Source: an uncultured Desulfospira sp.
GTDB lineage: Bacteria; Desulfobacterota; Desulfobacteria; Desulfobacterales; Desulfobacteraceae
Assembly: GCA_963663165.1 (NCBI GenBank)
Contig: OY760175.1
Span: forward strand, 5,216,001-5,280,000
Reading direction: 5' to 3'
DNA: 64,000 nucleotides
Below are positions 20,553-30,863 of this stretch, piece after piece. Each line of letters begins with the position of its first letter. Positions within the stretch are counted from its first letter, which is position 1. The position numbers and the translations under genes were made by a program. The notes beneath the pieces are model-generated. The model had not been told where the DNA came from. It ran no database searches and saw only the letters and a program-made list of their open reading frames with translations.

Positions 20553-20694
20553 AAAATGCCTTTTCAGCTGCGGTCAAAATTGTCCCCTGTCATTTAAGGC
20601 CCGCCGGTATGGCGACACCGGCTTAAAACCCTCGGGCGGTTAACCGTTCCATAACATTTTTTTTTTTGCCGGGCAAGAAACAAGAAAGGGAGAC

Positions 20695-20998
20695 CAGGGC
20701 AATCGCATGTAACTTTCCCCACTGTTTAAGCTTACCGAATGCAATTTCAGTGCGCAGCACTGAAACTCTGTGTTTCTCTGTGCCCCTCTGTGGTTAAATA
20801 TAAAGAGTGGGCAAAGCGCACAATTTATAAAAACCGGGAGGTTAACGAAGAACAATTCAATCCCTTCGGGATTTCATGTTTTTAAACCACAGAGGGCACC
20901 GAGGTTTGGCTTTGGCCAAACACCACAGAGGGCCGGCCCTTGAATGCCTATGTAAATAAAAATCATTAAGGATAATTTTTTTACATGCGATTGCCCTG
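20695..20998. mobile_element. 304-bp MITE, probably IS4-family derived
   Basis: Perfect 18-bp TIR CAGGGCAATCGCATGTAA (20695-20712 / 20981-20998); 10-bp flanking direct repeat AAAGGGAGAC (20685-20694 / 20999-21008). Confidence 0.88.
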
Positions 20999-21000
20999 AA

Positions 21001-21102
21001 AGGGAGACCGGTAACTGGAAAAAGGAGACCGAAAACCGGAGACCGGAGACCGGAATGCAAAACCCCTGAGGATGGGCGATCCGGTCTCCGGTCTCCGGTT
21101 TT
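21001..21102. repeat. GGAGACC heptamer inverted array
   Basis: About 8 forward units, then ccggtctccggtctccggttt. Confidence 0.8.
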
Positions 21103-21229
21103 TACATTAAATTTACCCGTAAGGAACATCCATCCGAATGGCCCTGTCATAGTTTGGGCTTGGTATTGATTTTAGGGCGATGTTCCTATACATCTTCTGG
21201 CATAAAAATTAAATTTAAAGGGTGGGGCG

Positions 21230-21835
21230 ATGCTGTCTGACTGTACGGGAGTGATCCTGGTGGGCGGGGAAAACAAACGGCTTCCCGGGAAAAAAAAAGG
21301 GTTTCATACATTAGGAGGGATTACCATGATCGAGGGTATCCTTTCGGTTTTTTCAGATCTGTTCGAGGAAATTATCCTGGTGGCCAGGGACCCAAAAGAT
21401 TTTACCGGCCTTGACGTGATGGTGGTGACCGATATTATACCGGCCCAGTGTTCTCTGGCAGGGCTTCATGCCGGCCTGTTTTACGCCTCAAACCCCTGGG
21501 CCTATGTCACGGCCTGGGATTTTCCTTTTCCTAACCGGGCCGTTATTGAACATTTAATGAAGCAGACAAAAAGCGGGGCCCAGGTGATTGTCCCAAGGAC
21601 CTATGACGGGCTTGAGCCTTTAAGCGCAATGTATGCCAGGACCTGTATCCCTTTAATTGAAGCGGCCCTTGAAAAAAAGATCTATAAAATTAAAGGATTT
21701 TATAATAAGAAAAGGGTTCGGGAAATTGGCCCTGAACAATTGGAAAAACTGGATCCGGAGTTTAAGTTTAAGTTTAATGTGAATACCCCTGAAGATCTGG
21801 CCAGGGCAAAAGAAATGGCTGAGGGCGGCATCTAA
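21230..21835 (+). CDS. mobA: Molybdenum cofactor guanylyltransferase
   Basis: GVIL.GG..KR, LAGLHAGL, D.PF, EPL.A.Y, NVNTPEDL. Confidence 0.9.
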   Translation: MLSDCTGVILVGGENKRLPGKKKGFHTLGGITMIEGILSVFSDLFEEIILVARDPKDFTGLDVMVVTDIIPAQCSLAGLHAGLFYASNPWAYVTAWDFPFPNRAVIEHLMKQTKSGAQVIVPRTYDGLEPLSAMYARTCIPLIEAALEKKIYKIKGFYNKKRVREIGPEQLEKLDPEFKFKFNVNTPEDLARAKEMAEGGI

Positions 21836-21884
21836 TGTTTGGCCCTAAGGATTTGGGGGAAAGTAAATTTGGGGGGAGAAGCGA

Positions 21885-22244
21885 ATGGATATTGCAGCAA
21901 TGATGGCCAAGGTCAAGGCCCATCCTGATTTTTCAAAAGCCGGCATGATCCTGTGCCATAACGGTGTGGTCAGGGAAAACACCCGGGAAGGCGAACCGGT
22001 TACGGAACTGTCAATCCAGGTGGACCATGACCTGCTTTCAAAGATTATTGACCAGCAAAAGGCAAAGCCCGGCATCATTGAGGTGTTAGTTCACATTGAA
22101 GAGGGCAAACCCCTTAAGGTGGGCGATGACATCATGGCACTGGTGGTGGCCGGGGATATCCGGGAAAATGTGATTGAAACCCTGACGGACACGTTGAATC
22201 AGATTAAGAGCAGGGCCACCAGGAAAACCCAAGTATATAAATAA
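21885..22244 (+). CDS. moaE: Molybdopterin synthase catalytic subunit
   Basis: GMILCHNGVVR, LKVGD, VAGDIRE; Moco cluster context. Confidence 0.82.
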   Translation: MDIAAMMAKVKAHPDFSKAGMILCHNGVVRENTREGEPVTELSIQVDHDLLSKIIDQQKAKPGIIEVLVHIEEGKPLKVGDDIMALVVAGDIRENVIETLTDTLNQIKSRATRKTQVYK

Positions 22245-22246
22245 CA

Positions 22247-22320
22247 GGACTTGAGACATGGGACTTGAGAAAGCAGGCATAATGCCATCTAAAGTCTATA
22301 GTCCCGCGTCTAAAGTCTAT
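22247..22320. repeat. GGACTTG-family inverted array
   Basis: ggacttg-agacatg-ggacttg-aga ... tctaaagtctatagtcccgcgtctaaagtct. Confidence 0.6.
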
Positions 22321-22339
22321 CACGTAAAGGTTGGATAAA

Positions 22340-22837
22340 ATGAATGACTTTACACACCTGGATGCCGACGGCAGGGTCAGGATGGTGGATGTGGGGGATA
22401 AAGATGAGACCCGGCGGACGGCGGTGGCCGGGGCCAGTGTGATCATGTCTCCTGAAACCCTTGCCCGGATCATGGATGAAAAGGTTAAAAAAGGAAATGT
22501 CCTGGAAACGGCCCGGATCGCCGGGGTCATGGCGGCCAAGAAAACAGCGGACCTGATTCCCATGTGCCATCCTTTGAACATTACCTATGCCCGGGTGGAT
22601 TTTACCCCGGACCCGGATGCGCATACCATTCACATTGAGGCCGAGGTCTCTTTAACCGGGAGAACCGGGGTGGAGATGGAGGCCCTGACCGCTGCGTCCG
22701 TGGCCGGCCTGACCATTTACGACATGTGCAAGTCCTATGACAGGGCCATGTCCATTTCCCGGATCTATCTGAAATCCAAGGCAGGGGGAAAAAGCGGGAC
22801 CTTTATTGCCCCGGACCAGGAAAATGGCCTTCCCTGA
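22340..22837 (+). CDS. moaC: Cyclic pyranopterin monophosphate synthase
   Basis: THLD..G..RMVDV, LIPMCHP, TGVEMEAL, IYDMCK. Confidence 0.96.
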   Translation: MNDFTHLDADGRVRMVDVGDKDETRRTAVAGASVIMSPETLARIMDEKVKKGNVLETARIAGVMAAKKTADLIPMCHPLNITYARVDFTPDPDAHTIHIEAEVSLTGRTGVEMEALTAASVAGLTIYDMCKSYDRAMSISRIYLKSKAGGKSGTFIAPDQENGLP

Positions 22838-22838
22838 T

Positions 22839-24023
22839 ATGGGAGCCATTACCCCCGAACATCTGGCCTGGCTGGGAATCGGGTTCGGCTTGGGCGTTTT
22901 GGTCAGTCTGGTCCTGGTCAGGGCCGGACTGTTCTTTTTTTCAAGGCAGTACAAAAAGGTGGCGGACCAGGCCCTGTATAAAAATTCCAGCCGGTTCATG
23001 GCGCTTGCCGATCAATATTTTTCATCCTATGTCCGGGAGGCCGGCAAGGACCTGAACATTCACCGGGATGAAATACGGCACACCATTGATCCCATTAAAC
23101 AGACCTTAACCCGGTATGAGGCCCGCCTCAACGACATGGAACGGCAGCGGGAAACCGCCTATGGCGCCATCAGCGAGAAACTTCTGGAAGTCGGCCGGAC
23201 TCAGCACCTGCTCTACATGGAAACGGGAAACCTGGTCAAGGCCCTGCGACAGCCCCATGTGCGGGGGCGGTGGGGGGAAATGACCCTGAGACGGGTGGCG
23301 GAACTGTCCGGCATGGCCGCCCACTGCGACTTTGAAGAGCAGGTTACGGGCGCGGGGGACAAGGGCCTTGTCCGGCCGGATATGGTGGTCACCCTCCCGT
23401 CGAACCGGAAGGTCATCGTGGATGCCAAGGTGCCGCTCATGGCCTTTCTGGACGCCCTGGAAGCGGATAACGAAACCGAACGGGCGGCCAGGATGGTCGA
23501 TCACGCAAGACAGGTCATGGCCCATGTCACCACCCTGGGCTCTAAACGGTACCAGGCCCATTTTTCCCCGACTCCGGAATTTGTTGTCCTGTTTATCCCC
23601 GGAGAAAATTTTTTTTCAGCGGCCCTGGAACAGCAGCCCGACCTGATTGAACGGGCCGTTGAAAAGGGGGTGATTCCGGCAACGCCCACCACCTTGATTG
23701 CGTTGTTAAAGGCGGTCTCTTATTCATGGCTTCAGAAAAAAACCTATGAAAATGCCGAGGAAATCAGGGAAATGGGGATTGAGTTGTATGCCCGGCTGGC
23801 CGGTATGGCCGATCATATGAACCAGCTGGGAAAAGATATCGAGAAGTGTGCGGCAAGTTTTAACCGGACCGTGGGGACCATGGAAAGACGGGTGATGCCG
23901 TCGGCCAGAAAGCTGGAAGCCCTGGGGCCCGGGGCCGGCAAGTCCATGGGGCTTGCCTTTCTGGACGAGTCCAGGACATCGGCCCGGCAGGTGAGGTCAG
24001 ATCAAACTGAAGGAGTAAGATGA
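22839..24023 (+). CDS. rmuC: DNA recombination protein RmuC
   Basis: N-terminal TM, RGRWGE, RPD, VDAKVP, EFVVLFIPGE, TPTTL. Confidence 0.92.
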   Translation: MGAITPEHLAWLGIGFGLGVLVSLVLVRAGLFFFSRQYKKVADQALYKNSSRFMALADQYFSSYVREAGKDLNIHRDEIRHTIDPIKQTLTRYEARLNDMERQRETAYGAISEKLLEVGRTQHLLYMETGNLVKALRQPHVRGRWGEMTLRRVAELSGMAAHCDFEEQVTGAGDKGLVRPDMVVTLPSNRKVIVDAKVPLMAFLDALEADNETERAARMVDHARQVMAHVTTLGSKRYQAHFSPTPEFVVLFIPGENFFSAALEQQPDLIERAVEKGVIPATPTTLIALLKAVSYSWLQKKTYENAEEIREMGIELYARLAGMADHMNQLGKDIEKCAASFNRTVGTMERRVMPSARKLEALGPGAGKSMGLAFLDESRTSARQVRSDQTEGVR

Positions 24024-25327
24024 GAAGCATGCGGTTACATGGTGGTCCAATATATTCAAAATTAGAAGGGCGGTTTTTCCGGGGGCCCCGGTCTGAGAAG
24101 GTCAATGCTTTAATCGGCTGTTTTCTGGTCTTGCTGGCCGTTTGCTGCGGCCTTTCAGGCTGCAAACCCGATGAACCGGCCAAAGAAAAAACAAAAAAAA
24201 TTCCGGACGCCCCGGCACTCCCGTTAAAAAAGCTGTTTTGGGGGGAATATCCTGAGTTTGACGACTGCCTTGACCTCAAAGGGCTTAACGCATCCATTGA
24301 CAGCAGCCTGACGTATTTTTCACGGGTTCCCGGGGACCGGACATACCCGTTTGGCAAGGAAACCGTCACGGCCCGGCATATGGTCCGGTCGCTTAAAGCA
24401 TTTCAGGCTTTTATTGCCCGTTCCCCGCTGCCCGAACAGGTCAACGCCTTTATCGAAGAAAAGTTCCAGGTTTATGAAAGTGTGGGAAACCCGGGAGGCA
24501 AGGTCTTGTTTACCGGTTATTTTGAACCCACCTATGAGGGGTGTCTTAACCCTGATGAAACCTGCCCATACCCCTTGTTTTCCCTGCCTTCGGATCTGCT
24601 GAAAATCGACCTGTCTTTGTTTTCCGATGAATATAACGGCCACAAAACCCTTACGGGCAGAGTGGACGGGGGAAGGGTGGTCCCCTATTATTCCCGGGAG
24701 CAGATCAACCTGCAGCAGGGATTCGAGACCAAGGCCAAACCCGTGGTCTGGCTGGAAAACCGGGTGGACCGGTTTTTTCTTGAAGTTCAGGGATCAGGCC
24801 GGATCCTTTTGCCCAACGGTAAAATCATCCGGGTCCATTACGCCGGGTCAAACGGCAACCCTTACCGGTCCGTAGGGCGGTACCTGATCGACAAGGGCGA
24901 GGTCCCCAAAGAGGCAATGTCCATGGATGCCATCCGGAACTTTCTGGAAAAAAATCCCGGCCGGATGGATGAAGTCCTTAACCACAACCCGAGTTTTGTG
25001 TTTTTTCAAAAAGAAGAGGGCGGGCCTTACGGCAGCCTTGGGGTTGCCCTGACCCCCTTTCGTTCCATTGCCACGGACCAGCGGGTTTTCCCCAAAGGTG
25101 CCCTGTGCTTTGTCATGGCCTCCCTGCCGGAAAAAGGCGTGTACGGGCCAAGGGATCAGTGGAAGAGCGCTTCGTTTTTTGCCATGAACCAGGACACCGG
25201 CGGGGCCATTAAAGGACCGGGCCGGGCAGACCTGTTCTGCGGCAACGGCCGGTACGCCGAATTTACCGCCGGGAACATGAACAACGTAGGCCGCCTGTTT
25301 TTCCTGGTTTTAAAATCAAACCCGTGA
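24020..25327 (+). CDS. mltA: Membrane-bound lytic murein transglycosylase A
   Basis: LSGC lipobox, FTGYFEP, QGSG, NPSFVFF, QDTGGAIKG..RAD; start uncertain. Confidence 0.92.
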   Translation: MRSMRLHGGPIYSKLEGRFFRGPRSEKVNALIGCFLVLLAVCCGLSGCKPDEPAKEKTKKIPDAPALPLKKLFWGEYPEFDDCLDLKGLNASIDSSLTYFSRVPGDRTYPFGKETVTARHMVRSLKAFQAFIARSPLPEQVNAFIEEKFQVYESVGNPGGKVLFTGYFEPTYEGCLNPDETCPYPLFSLPSDLLKIDLSLFSDEYNGHKTLTGRVDGGRVVPYYSREQINLQQGFETKAKPVVWLENRVDRFFLEVQGSGRILLPNGKIIRVHYAGSNGNPYRSVGRYLIDKGEVPKEAMSMDAIRNFLEKNPGRMDEVLNHNPSFVFFQKEEGGPYGSLGVALTPFRSIATDQRVFPKGALCFVMASLPEKGVYGPRDQWKSASFFAMNQDTGGAIKGPGRADLFCGNGRYAEFTAGNMNNVGRLFFLVLKSNP

Positions 25328-25507
25328 ACATGACCAATTGGTCATCCCGGTGTCATGTTCACGTCATTTTGGGCTGATAAAACCATGCCCATGCTGTCGG
25401 GCAACCTATAAAACACTTGCACCCACATTGCCCAACATAAATTTTCTTCTCTCCTTCCTTACCACTCCGGGCCGTCACGAAGGCGGCCCGGCTTTTCTAT
25501 TTTGCTC

Positions 25508-25756
25508 TTACCGATCCTTCAGAAAAAGTTCATGATACTCATCCTCGGACAAATATTTTTTTAACAAATTGTTAACAAACCCGTATATATTTTCCAGCTC
25601 CTGATCTGGAAGCCTTGGCAGGAAAGCGGCCATAAATTTGTCCTCTGAAAATTTTTGAAGGTAAAACATAATGGTCTGTTCGTCTGTGCTGCGGCCCATG
25701 CCAAAAGCCCCGATGCCGTTATATTCCTGGATAAAATGATGGGTATGTTTTTTCAT
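25508..25756 (-). CDS. Small hypothetical protein
   Basis: AAGGA RBS; coherent 82-aa ORF ending EYHELFLK. Confidence 0.7.
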   Translation of the reverse strand: MKKHTHHFIQEYNGIGAFGMGRSTDEQTIMFYLQKFSEDKFMAAFLPRLPDQELENIYGFVNNLLKKYLSEDEYHELFLKDR

Positions 25757-25792
25757 GGTTGATTCCTTTCCGGTTTATCTTGTGCCTTGATC

Positions 25793-25831
25793 TTAACATC
25801 CATGTAATGTAATTTTAACAGAATCCTAACG
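25793..25831 (+). promoter_or_regulatory. Pho-box-like tandem repeat upstream of phoU
   Basis: TTAACA (25793), GTAATG (25804), TTAACA (25815), CTAACG (25826): exact 11-bp period. Confidence 0.7.
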
Positions 25832-25888
25832 TAAAAATGTTAAAAAACCCCCGATGATTACCAAGTTATATTAAAACCAGGAGAATTC

Positions 25889-26536
25889 ATGACCGCACAT
25901 CTGCAAAAGGCCATGCATCAAATTAAAAAAGAGATCCTTTCACTGGGTGCCATGGTGGAGGACCGGTTAAGAAAATCCATTGAAGCCGTTCAGACCGAGA
26001 ATTTAGAGCTTGCCCAGACCGTTGTCAATTCGGATTTTGAGGTGGATGAAAAAGAGATCGAAGTTGAAGAAGAATGCCTCAAAACCCTGGCCCTGTATCA
26101 GCCGGTGGCTACTGACTTAAGGCTGATTGTGGCGGTCATTAAGATCAACAATGACCTGGAGCGGATTGCCGATTATGCGGTTAATATTGCCAACCGGTTC
26201 AGGGCCTCGGCCGATGACCCCAACAAGTTTAAATATGATTATACAGCCATGGCGGACCAGGCCTCTAAAATGCTTAAAAAAAGCCTGGATGCCCTGGTCA
26301 GTATGGACGTGGATATGGCCTATGAAGTAAGGGAAATGGACGAGCAGGTCAATACCATGAGAAATGAGGCCTATGATGCCATGAAACAGGATATTCAGGA
26401 ACATCCGGACATGGTGGGGGAAATTATCAACATGTATTTGATTTCCAGGCATATTGAAAGAATCGGGGATCATACCAAAAATATTGCCGAAGAAGTTATT
26501 TACCTGATTGAAGGGGAGATCATCCGTCATACCTGA
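25889..26536 (+). CDS. phoU: Phosphate signalling protein PhoU
   Basis: QPVATDLR, DLERIADYA, ERIGDH.KNIAE. Confidence 0.96.
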   Translation: MTAHLQKAMHQIKKEILSLGAMVEDRLRKSIEAVQTENLELAQTVVNSDFEVDEKEIEVEEECLKTLALYQPVATDLRLIVAVIKINNDLERIADYAVNIANRFRASADDPNKFKYDYTAMADQASKMLKKSLDALVSMDVDMAYEVREMDEQVNTMRNEAYDAMKQDIQEHPDMVGEIINMYLISRHIERIGDHTKNIAEEVIYLIEGEIIRHT

Positions 26537-26550
26537 TGGAATGATACGGG

Positions 26551-27249
26551 ATGGGAGATATGTTGAAGGAAACCATACTCATCGTCGACGACGAAGAAGA
26601 TATTATTGAGCTGATCAAGTACAACCTTAAAAACGAGGGGTACAATATTCTGACAGCCCTTACCGGTGAAGAGGCCATTAAAATTTCCAAACAGACCCGG
26701 CCGGATCTGATGGTTTTGGACCTGATGCTGCCGGGCATAGACGGCCTTGAAGTCACCCGTTACTTGAGAAGCAACGGGGAAACCAAGGACATGCCCATTG
26801 TCATGCTCACGGCAAAGGGGGAAGAGTCTGATGTGGTGACAGGGCTTGAGCTTGGGGCCAATGATTATATGTCCAAGCCCTTCAGCCCCCGGGAGCTGAC
26901 GGCCCGGATCCGGGCCATTTTAAGGCGGCGCCAGCAAAAGGTGATCGAATCCAAAACCCGGGTCAAACAGGAAGGGGAAATGATCATTGACCGGGCCAAG
27001 CATGTGGTCACCATTGAGGGCAGTGTCATTGATTTAACCCTGTCCGAATTTGAACTGCTTTCCTTTCTGGCCGATAAAAAAGGGTGGGTGTTTACCCGGG
27101 GGCAGATTGTGGATGCCATCCACGGTGAAAATTATGCGGTGACAGAGCGGAGTATTGATGTCATCATTGTCGGACTGCGCAAAAAATTAAAACAATATGC
27201 CTCTTTGATTGAGACCGTGAGAGGTGTGGGATACAGGTTTAAAGAATAG
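26551..27249 (+). CDS. phoB: PhoB/OmpR-family response regulator
   Basis: REC plus winged helix (ETVRGVGY); lies between phoU and the kinase. Confidence 0.88.
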   Translation: MGDMLKETILIVDDEEDIIELIKYNLKNEGYNILTALTGEEAIKISKQTRPDLMVLDLMLPGIDGLEVTRYLRSNGETKDMPIVMLTAKGEESDVVTGLELGANDYMSKPFSPRELTARIRAILRRRQQKVIESKTRVKQEGEMIIDRAKHVVTIEGSVIDLTLSEFELLSFLADKKGWVFTRGQIVDAIHGENYAVTERSIDVIIVGLRKKLKQYASLIETVRGVGYRFKE

Positions 27250-27252
27250 CAT

Positions 27253-29019
27253 ATGCCCCGTAAACGAAGACTGATCTGGCAGATTTTTCCATCCTTTTTG
27301 ATTATTATCCTTCTTTCTCTTTTTGTGGAAACCCTGTATTCCACAAACCATTTCAAGAGTTTTTTCCTGGAAAATTTAGAAAGGGAACTGACCGTCAGGG
27401 CCAAGCTGATCCAGAGCAAGTTTGCCATGGCCTTTGAGCAGGGTGCTATAAGTGTCGCAGATATTGACCGGTTGTGCAAGGATATCGGCAGCAGCATTGA
27501 TACCCGGGTCACGGTGATTGATTCAACCGGTGCTGTTCTAGGCGACTCTGTCGGCCGGGCGGAAACCATGGAAAACCATAAAAACCGGCCTGAAATCAAA
27601 AGCGCCCTCCAGGGGGACAAAGGGCTTTCTGTCCGGTACAGCTCCACCCTTGACAACAATATGATGTATATTGCCCTGCCCGTAATCGAAAAAAACGGCC
27701 ACCGGGTGGTTGTCCGAACAGCGGTCTCTGTGGCCACCATTGATAAAAGCATCCGGGCCGTGCGAAATAATATTATCATTGCCGCATTGCTGACCGTTCT
27801 GGCCGCCGGCCTTGCCAGCCTTTTTGTAAGCCGGAGAATCAGCCGGCCTGTGGAGGAACTCAAAAAAGGGGCCCAGGAGTTTGCCAAGGGAAACCTGGGC
27901 AGCCGCCTGGCCTCACCGGATACCGAGGAGCTGTCTGAGCTTGCCCGGGCCATGAATACCATGGCCGGGAGTTTAGATGAAAAGATTCGGGACAGCATCA
28001 ACCGGCAGTCCGAATTAGAGGCGGTCCACGCCAGTATGCAGGAAGGGGTGATCGCCATTGATAATGAGGAGCGGATCATCACCATTAATGCCGCGGCGTC
28101 CACCATTTTCGACTTTCCGGCGTCCCAGCTTAAGAAAAGAAATATTCTGGAGGTGGCCCGGAATTTCGAGCTTCAAACCTTTATCCAGAAAGCCCTGGCC
28201 ACCCATGAGCCTGTTGAAGGTGATATTATTGTACAAAAGGGAAAGGACCGGATTCTCAATATTCATTCCACGGCCCTTTATGACACCCGTGAAAAACGGA
28301 TGGGCACCCTGATCATCTTCCATGACATCACCCGGATCCGGCGGCTGGAGTCCATGCACAAGGCGTTTGCCGCCAATGTGTCCCATGAACTCAAGACGCC
28401 GCTGACAACCATCAAGGGATTTATCGAAACCCTTCAGGAAATGCTCCAGACAGATGACGAGACCAGAAATTTCCTTAAGATTATTGAAAAAAATGTCAAC
28501 CGGATGATTGAGCTGATCAATGACCTTTTGGCCCTGGCCCGGCTGGAACGGCTCCAGGGAACCGGGATCGAATTTGAAGAGCAGAGTCTTTCCGATATTG
28601 TTGACGGGGTGGTGAATATCTGCCGGCCCGGGGCCGAAGAAAAACAGATCGATATTGAGTTTAACTGCCCTGAAAACCTTAAGGCCATGTTGGATCCCAT
28701 TCTCATGGAGCAGGCCCTGATCAACATTGTGGACAATGCCATCAAGTACAGCCCGGAAAAGGCCAAAGTGACCATAGAGGCCCAGCAGTCCGGCCAGGGG
28801 GTGGAAATCCGGGTCAGGGACACCGGGGTCGGCATTGACAAGGAACACCTGCCCAAGATTTTCAACCGGTTTTACCGGGTGGACAAAGCCCGGAGCCGGA
28901 ACCAGGGCGGCACCGGCCTCGGGCTTGCCATTGTCAAACACATTGTCCAGTACCACGAGGGCCGGATTGAGGTTGAGAGCAAAAAAGGGATGGGCACTTG
29001 TTTTACTATCTATATTTAA
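27253..29019 (+). CDS. phoR: PhoR-like sensor kinase
   Basis: MENH..RPE sensor, HAMP, PAS, NVSHELKTPLT, FYRVDKARSR. Confidence 0.88.
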   Translation: MPRKRRLIWQIFPSFLIIILLSLFVETLYSTNHFKSFFLENLERELTVRAKLIQSKFAMAFEQGAISVADIDRLCKDIGSSIDTRVTVIDSTGAVLGDSVGRAETMENHKNRPEIKSALQGDKGLSVRYSSTLDNNMMYIALPVIEKNGHRVVVRTAVSVATIDKSIRAVRNNIIIAALLTVLAAGLASLFVSRRISRPVEELKKGAQEFAKGNLGSRLASPDTEELSELARAMNTMAGSLDEKIRDSINRQSELEAVHASMQEGVIAIDNEERIITINAAASTIFDFPASQLKKRNILEVARNFELQTFIQKALATHEPVEGDIIVQKGKDRILNIHSTALYDTREKRMGTLIIFHDITRIRRLESMHKAFAANVSHELKTPLTTIKGFIETLQEMLQTDDETRNFLKIIEKNVNRMIELINDLLALARLERLQGTGIEFEEQSLSDIVDGVVNICRPGAEEKQIDIEFNCPENLKAMLDPILMEQALINIVDNAIKYSPEKAKVTIEAQQSGQGVEIRVRDTGVGIDKEHLPKIFNRFYRVDKARSRNQGGTGLGLAIVKHIVQYHEGRIEVESKKGMGTCFTIYI

Positions 29020-29024
29020 TTGGG

Positions 29025-29053
29025 TTGACAAAACGGAAGTTTTTATTTTAAGA
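29025..29053 (+). promoter_or_regulatory. Sigma70-type promoter
   Basis: TTGACA-17 nt-TAAGAT upstream of the VPxPxA-CTERM gene. Confidence 0.5.
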
Positions 29054-29222
29054 TGGCGAAAATCAAATTTAACGGGAACCCAAAAAGAATAAAATATTCG
29101 TTAAATTTAGTGTTGCAGGGGTAGAATCCTCCTTCCTCAATTTTTTGTATTTCTGACAGCCTGATTTACCTGCGTAACCCAAAATAATCCATAGTTTTAT
29201 TATTTTTTTAAGGAGAAAGCTC

Positions 29223-29879
29223 ATGAGCCGATTCTTTAAATTATTGCCGTTGCTGGCCGTCTGTTTTTTATTGACTGTCGCGACCGGAGCCGTTTTTGTT
29301 TCAGGGGCGAACGCATCTGTGGTTGAATTTTCAGTCTTTGATGACCTGGATGAATCTTCAACAAACTTTGACCCTGATCCAACTGCTACCTATTGGATTG
29401 ATGGCGATAGTAAATTGGTCATTGGCCTTAATAGCTTTATGGCCGATGAAAGTTCTGTGGTTGCATATGATACCCTCACCTTCACCATCACTGCGGCTGA
29501 GGGATATTTGATTAAAACCATATCCTATTTTGAATCCGGATTAACCAGCGGAGATCAAGGCAGCACAACCGTTGCCACAGGCTCACTGACGCTAAACGAA
29601 GAAGCATATGACTTAGGGCATCATGTTTTTCCCCTCGCTGGCAACGGTGAAGCGGGATGGAAACTGTTCCTGAATGGTATTTATGTTGGAGTCGATGAAG
29701 TCTCTGTGGTCATTACGAACAATCTGATAGCCGTTGGGAGCAATGCCCAAATTTCTAAAACAGAGGCATACTTGATAATAGAAACCGCCAATGTTCCGGT
29801 TCCGCCGGCTGCATGGCTGTTGGGCTGCGGAGTGATCGGGCTTCTGGGGATCAGAAGAAGACGGCTGAACCAGGAATAA
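29223..29879 (+). CDS. PEP-CTERM-like (VPLPA-CTERM) sorted surface protein
   Basis: Signal peptide; C-terminal NVPVPPAAWLLGCGVIGLLGIRRRR. Confidence 0.85.
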   Translation: MSRFFKLLPLLAVCFLLTVATGAVFVSGANASVVEFSVFDDLDESSTNFDPDPTATYWIDGDSKLVIGLNSFMADESSVVAYDTLTFTITAAEGYLIKTISYFESGLTSGDQGSTTVATGSLTLNEEAYDLGHHVFPLAGNGEAGWKLFLNGIYVGVDEVSVVITNNLIAVGSNAQISKTEAYLIIETANVPVPPAAWLLGCGVIGLLGIRRRRLNQE

Positions 29880-29945
29880 TCCATCTCGGTTTCTGATTTT
29901 TTTCACGGCGCCATCCGAAAATTTCCGGTGCAATACCCGTAACGG

Positions 29946-29978
29946 TTTTGACAGGGGATAAAAAATCCCCTGTCAAAA
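29946..29978. terminator. Perfect hairpin between convergent genes
   Basis: ttttgacaggggat / atcccctgtcaaaa. Confidence 0.5.
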
Positions 29979-30074
29979 TAGCCGGCCGCAGCACCCTGCG
30001 CCGGAGCCATCCCCCTCGCGTATCCTTGCAGGGCAATGAAAACAGCCGGATAAGGCTATCCCGGTATTCCAGGT

Positions 30075-30863
30075 TCATCTAAATTTTTTTCCTATATAAA
30101 AAACATATCCGAAAAAGTCTTTATATTTGTAATACAATTCAGCCTCTTCTTGTTGATATGTTACAAATTCTTCGGCGGCACGAATGCCGGCATGTTTTTT
30201 CAAAAATTTTTCCTGCACAGCAACCTGGGGATCATAAAAATGCTCTGTCCAGCATTTTTCAGGCAGCACAAACGTAGCGATGGGAATATATCCGGCTTTT
30301 TGCAGTTGTGCTACTTTATGGGGAATGGTGTCTATTTCCGGATAGGCATGATTCCAGAATTCATCAATTTCGGCCGGCCGCTTTTCAGTGAACCATGACG
30401 CCTCTGAAACGGCAATGTATGCCCCTTCTTTTAAGAAGTTACGCCACTCAGTGATGCCCCGCTCAAATCCAATATTGTAGATGGCGCCCTCTGACCAGAT
30501 CAAGTCTAACTCCCCAGTCTGAAACCCGAGGTTTTTCCCCAGGTCCTCCATTGAACCCACCACGCCTTTTACCCGGTCCTGGAGATTCAGCTTCAGGCAA
30601 TTTTCATTGAACAGGTCTATAAATTCGGGAAACAGGTCAATTCCGGTAACCTTAGCTGATGTATGAGTGGCGATGACCATTGTCTGGCCGCCGGTTCCAC
30701 AACCGATGTCGGCAATTTTAGATTTACTTGTCAGGTTATCAATAAAGTTTAAAGCCTGAAGGGTCACATCAGGGTTTCCCGGCCCCTGCCGTTCTAAATA
30801 TGAGAAATATTCACAGATGAGTTTCAAATCAAACTCGTGAATTGACTTGGTCTTATCGCCCAT
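30075..30863 (-). CDS. Class I SAM-dependent methyltransferase
   Basis: [24 protein letters not shown]. Confidence 0.9.
   Translation of the reverse strand: MGDKTKSIHEFDLKLICEYFSYLERQGPGNPDVTLQALNFIDNLTSKSKIADIGCGTGGQTMVIATHTSAKVTGIDLFPEFIDLFNENCLKLNLQDRVKGVVGSMEDLGKNLGFQTGELDLIWSEGAIYNIGFERGITEWRNFLKEGAYIAVSEASWFTEKRPAEIDEFWNHAYPEIDTIPHKVAQLQKAGYIPIATFVLPEKCWTEHFYDPQVAVQEKFLKKHAGIRAAEEFVTYQQEEAELYYKYKDFFGYVFYIGKKFR

Noticed and set aside
20553..20680. PyrR attenuator upstream of pyrR
   Set aside because: A GC-rich hairpin exists, but neither the PyrR-binding loop consensus nor a U-tailed terminator was found.
27132..29031. Long minus-strand ORFs (324 and 338 aa)
   Set aside because: Antisense shadows of phoR with no motifs; the same applies to 49591-50430 and most short overlapping ORFs in the track.
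29866..30077. Possible integron attC site (TGAACCAGGAATA / TATTCCAGGTTCA around a central hairpin) beside cassette-like genes
   Set aside because: Ends do not match RYYYAAC/GTTRRRY, pairing is not continuous, there is only one site and no integrase.
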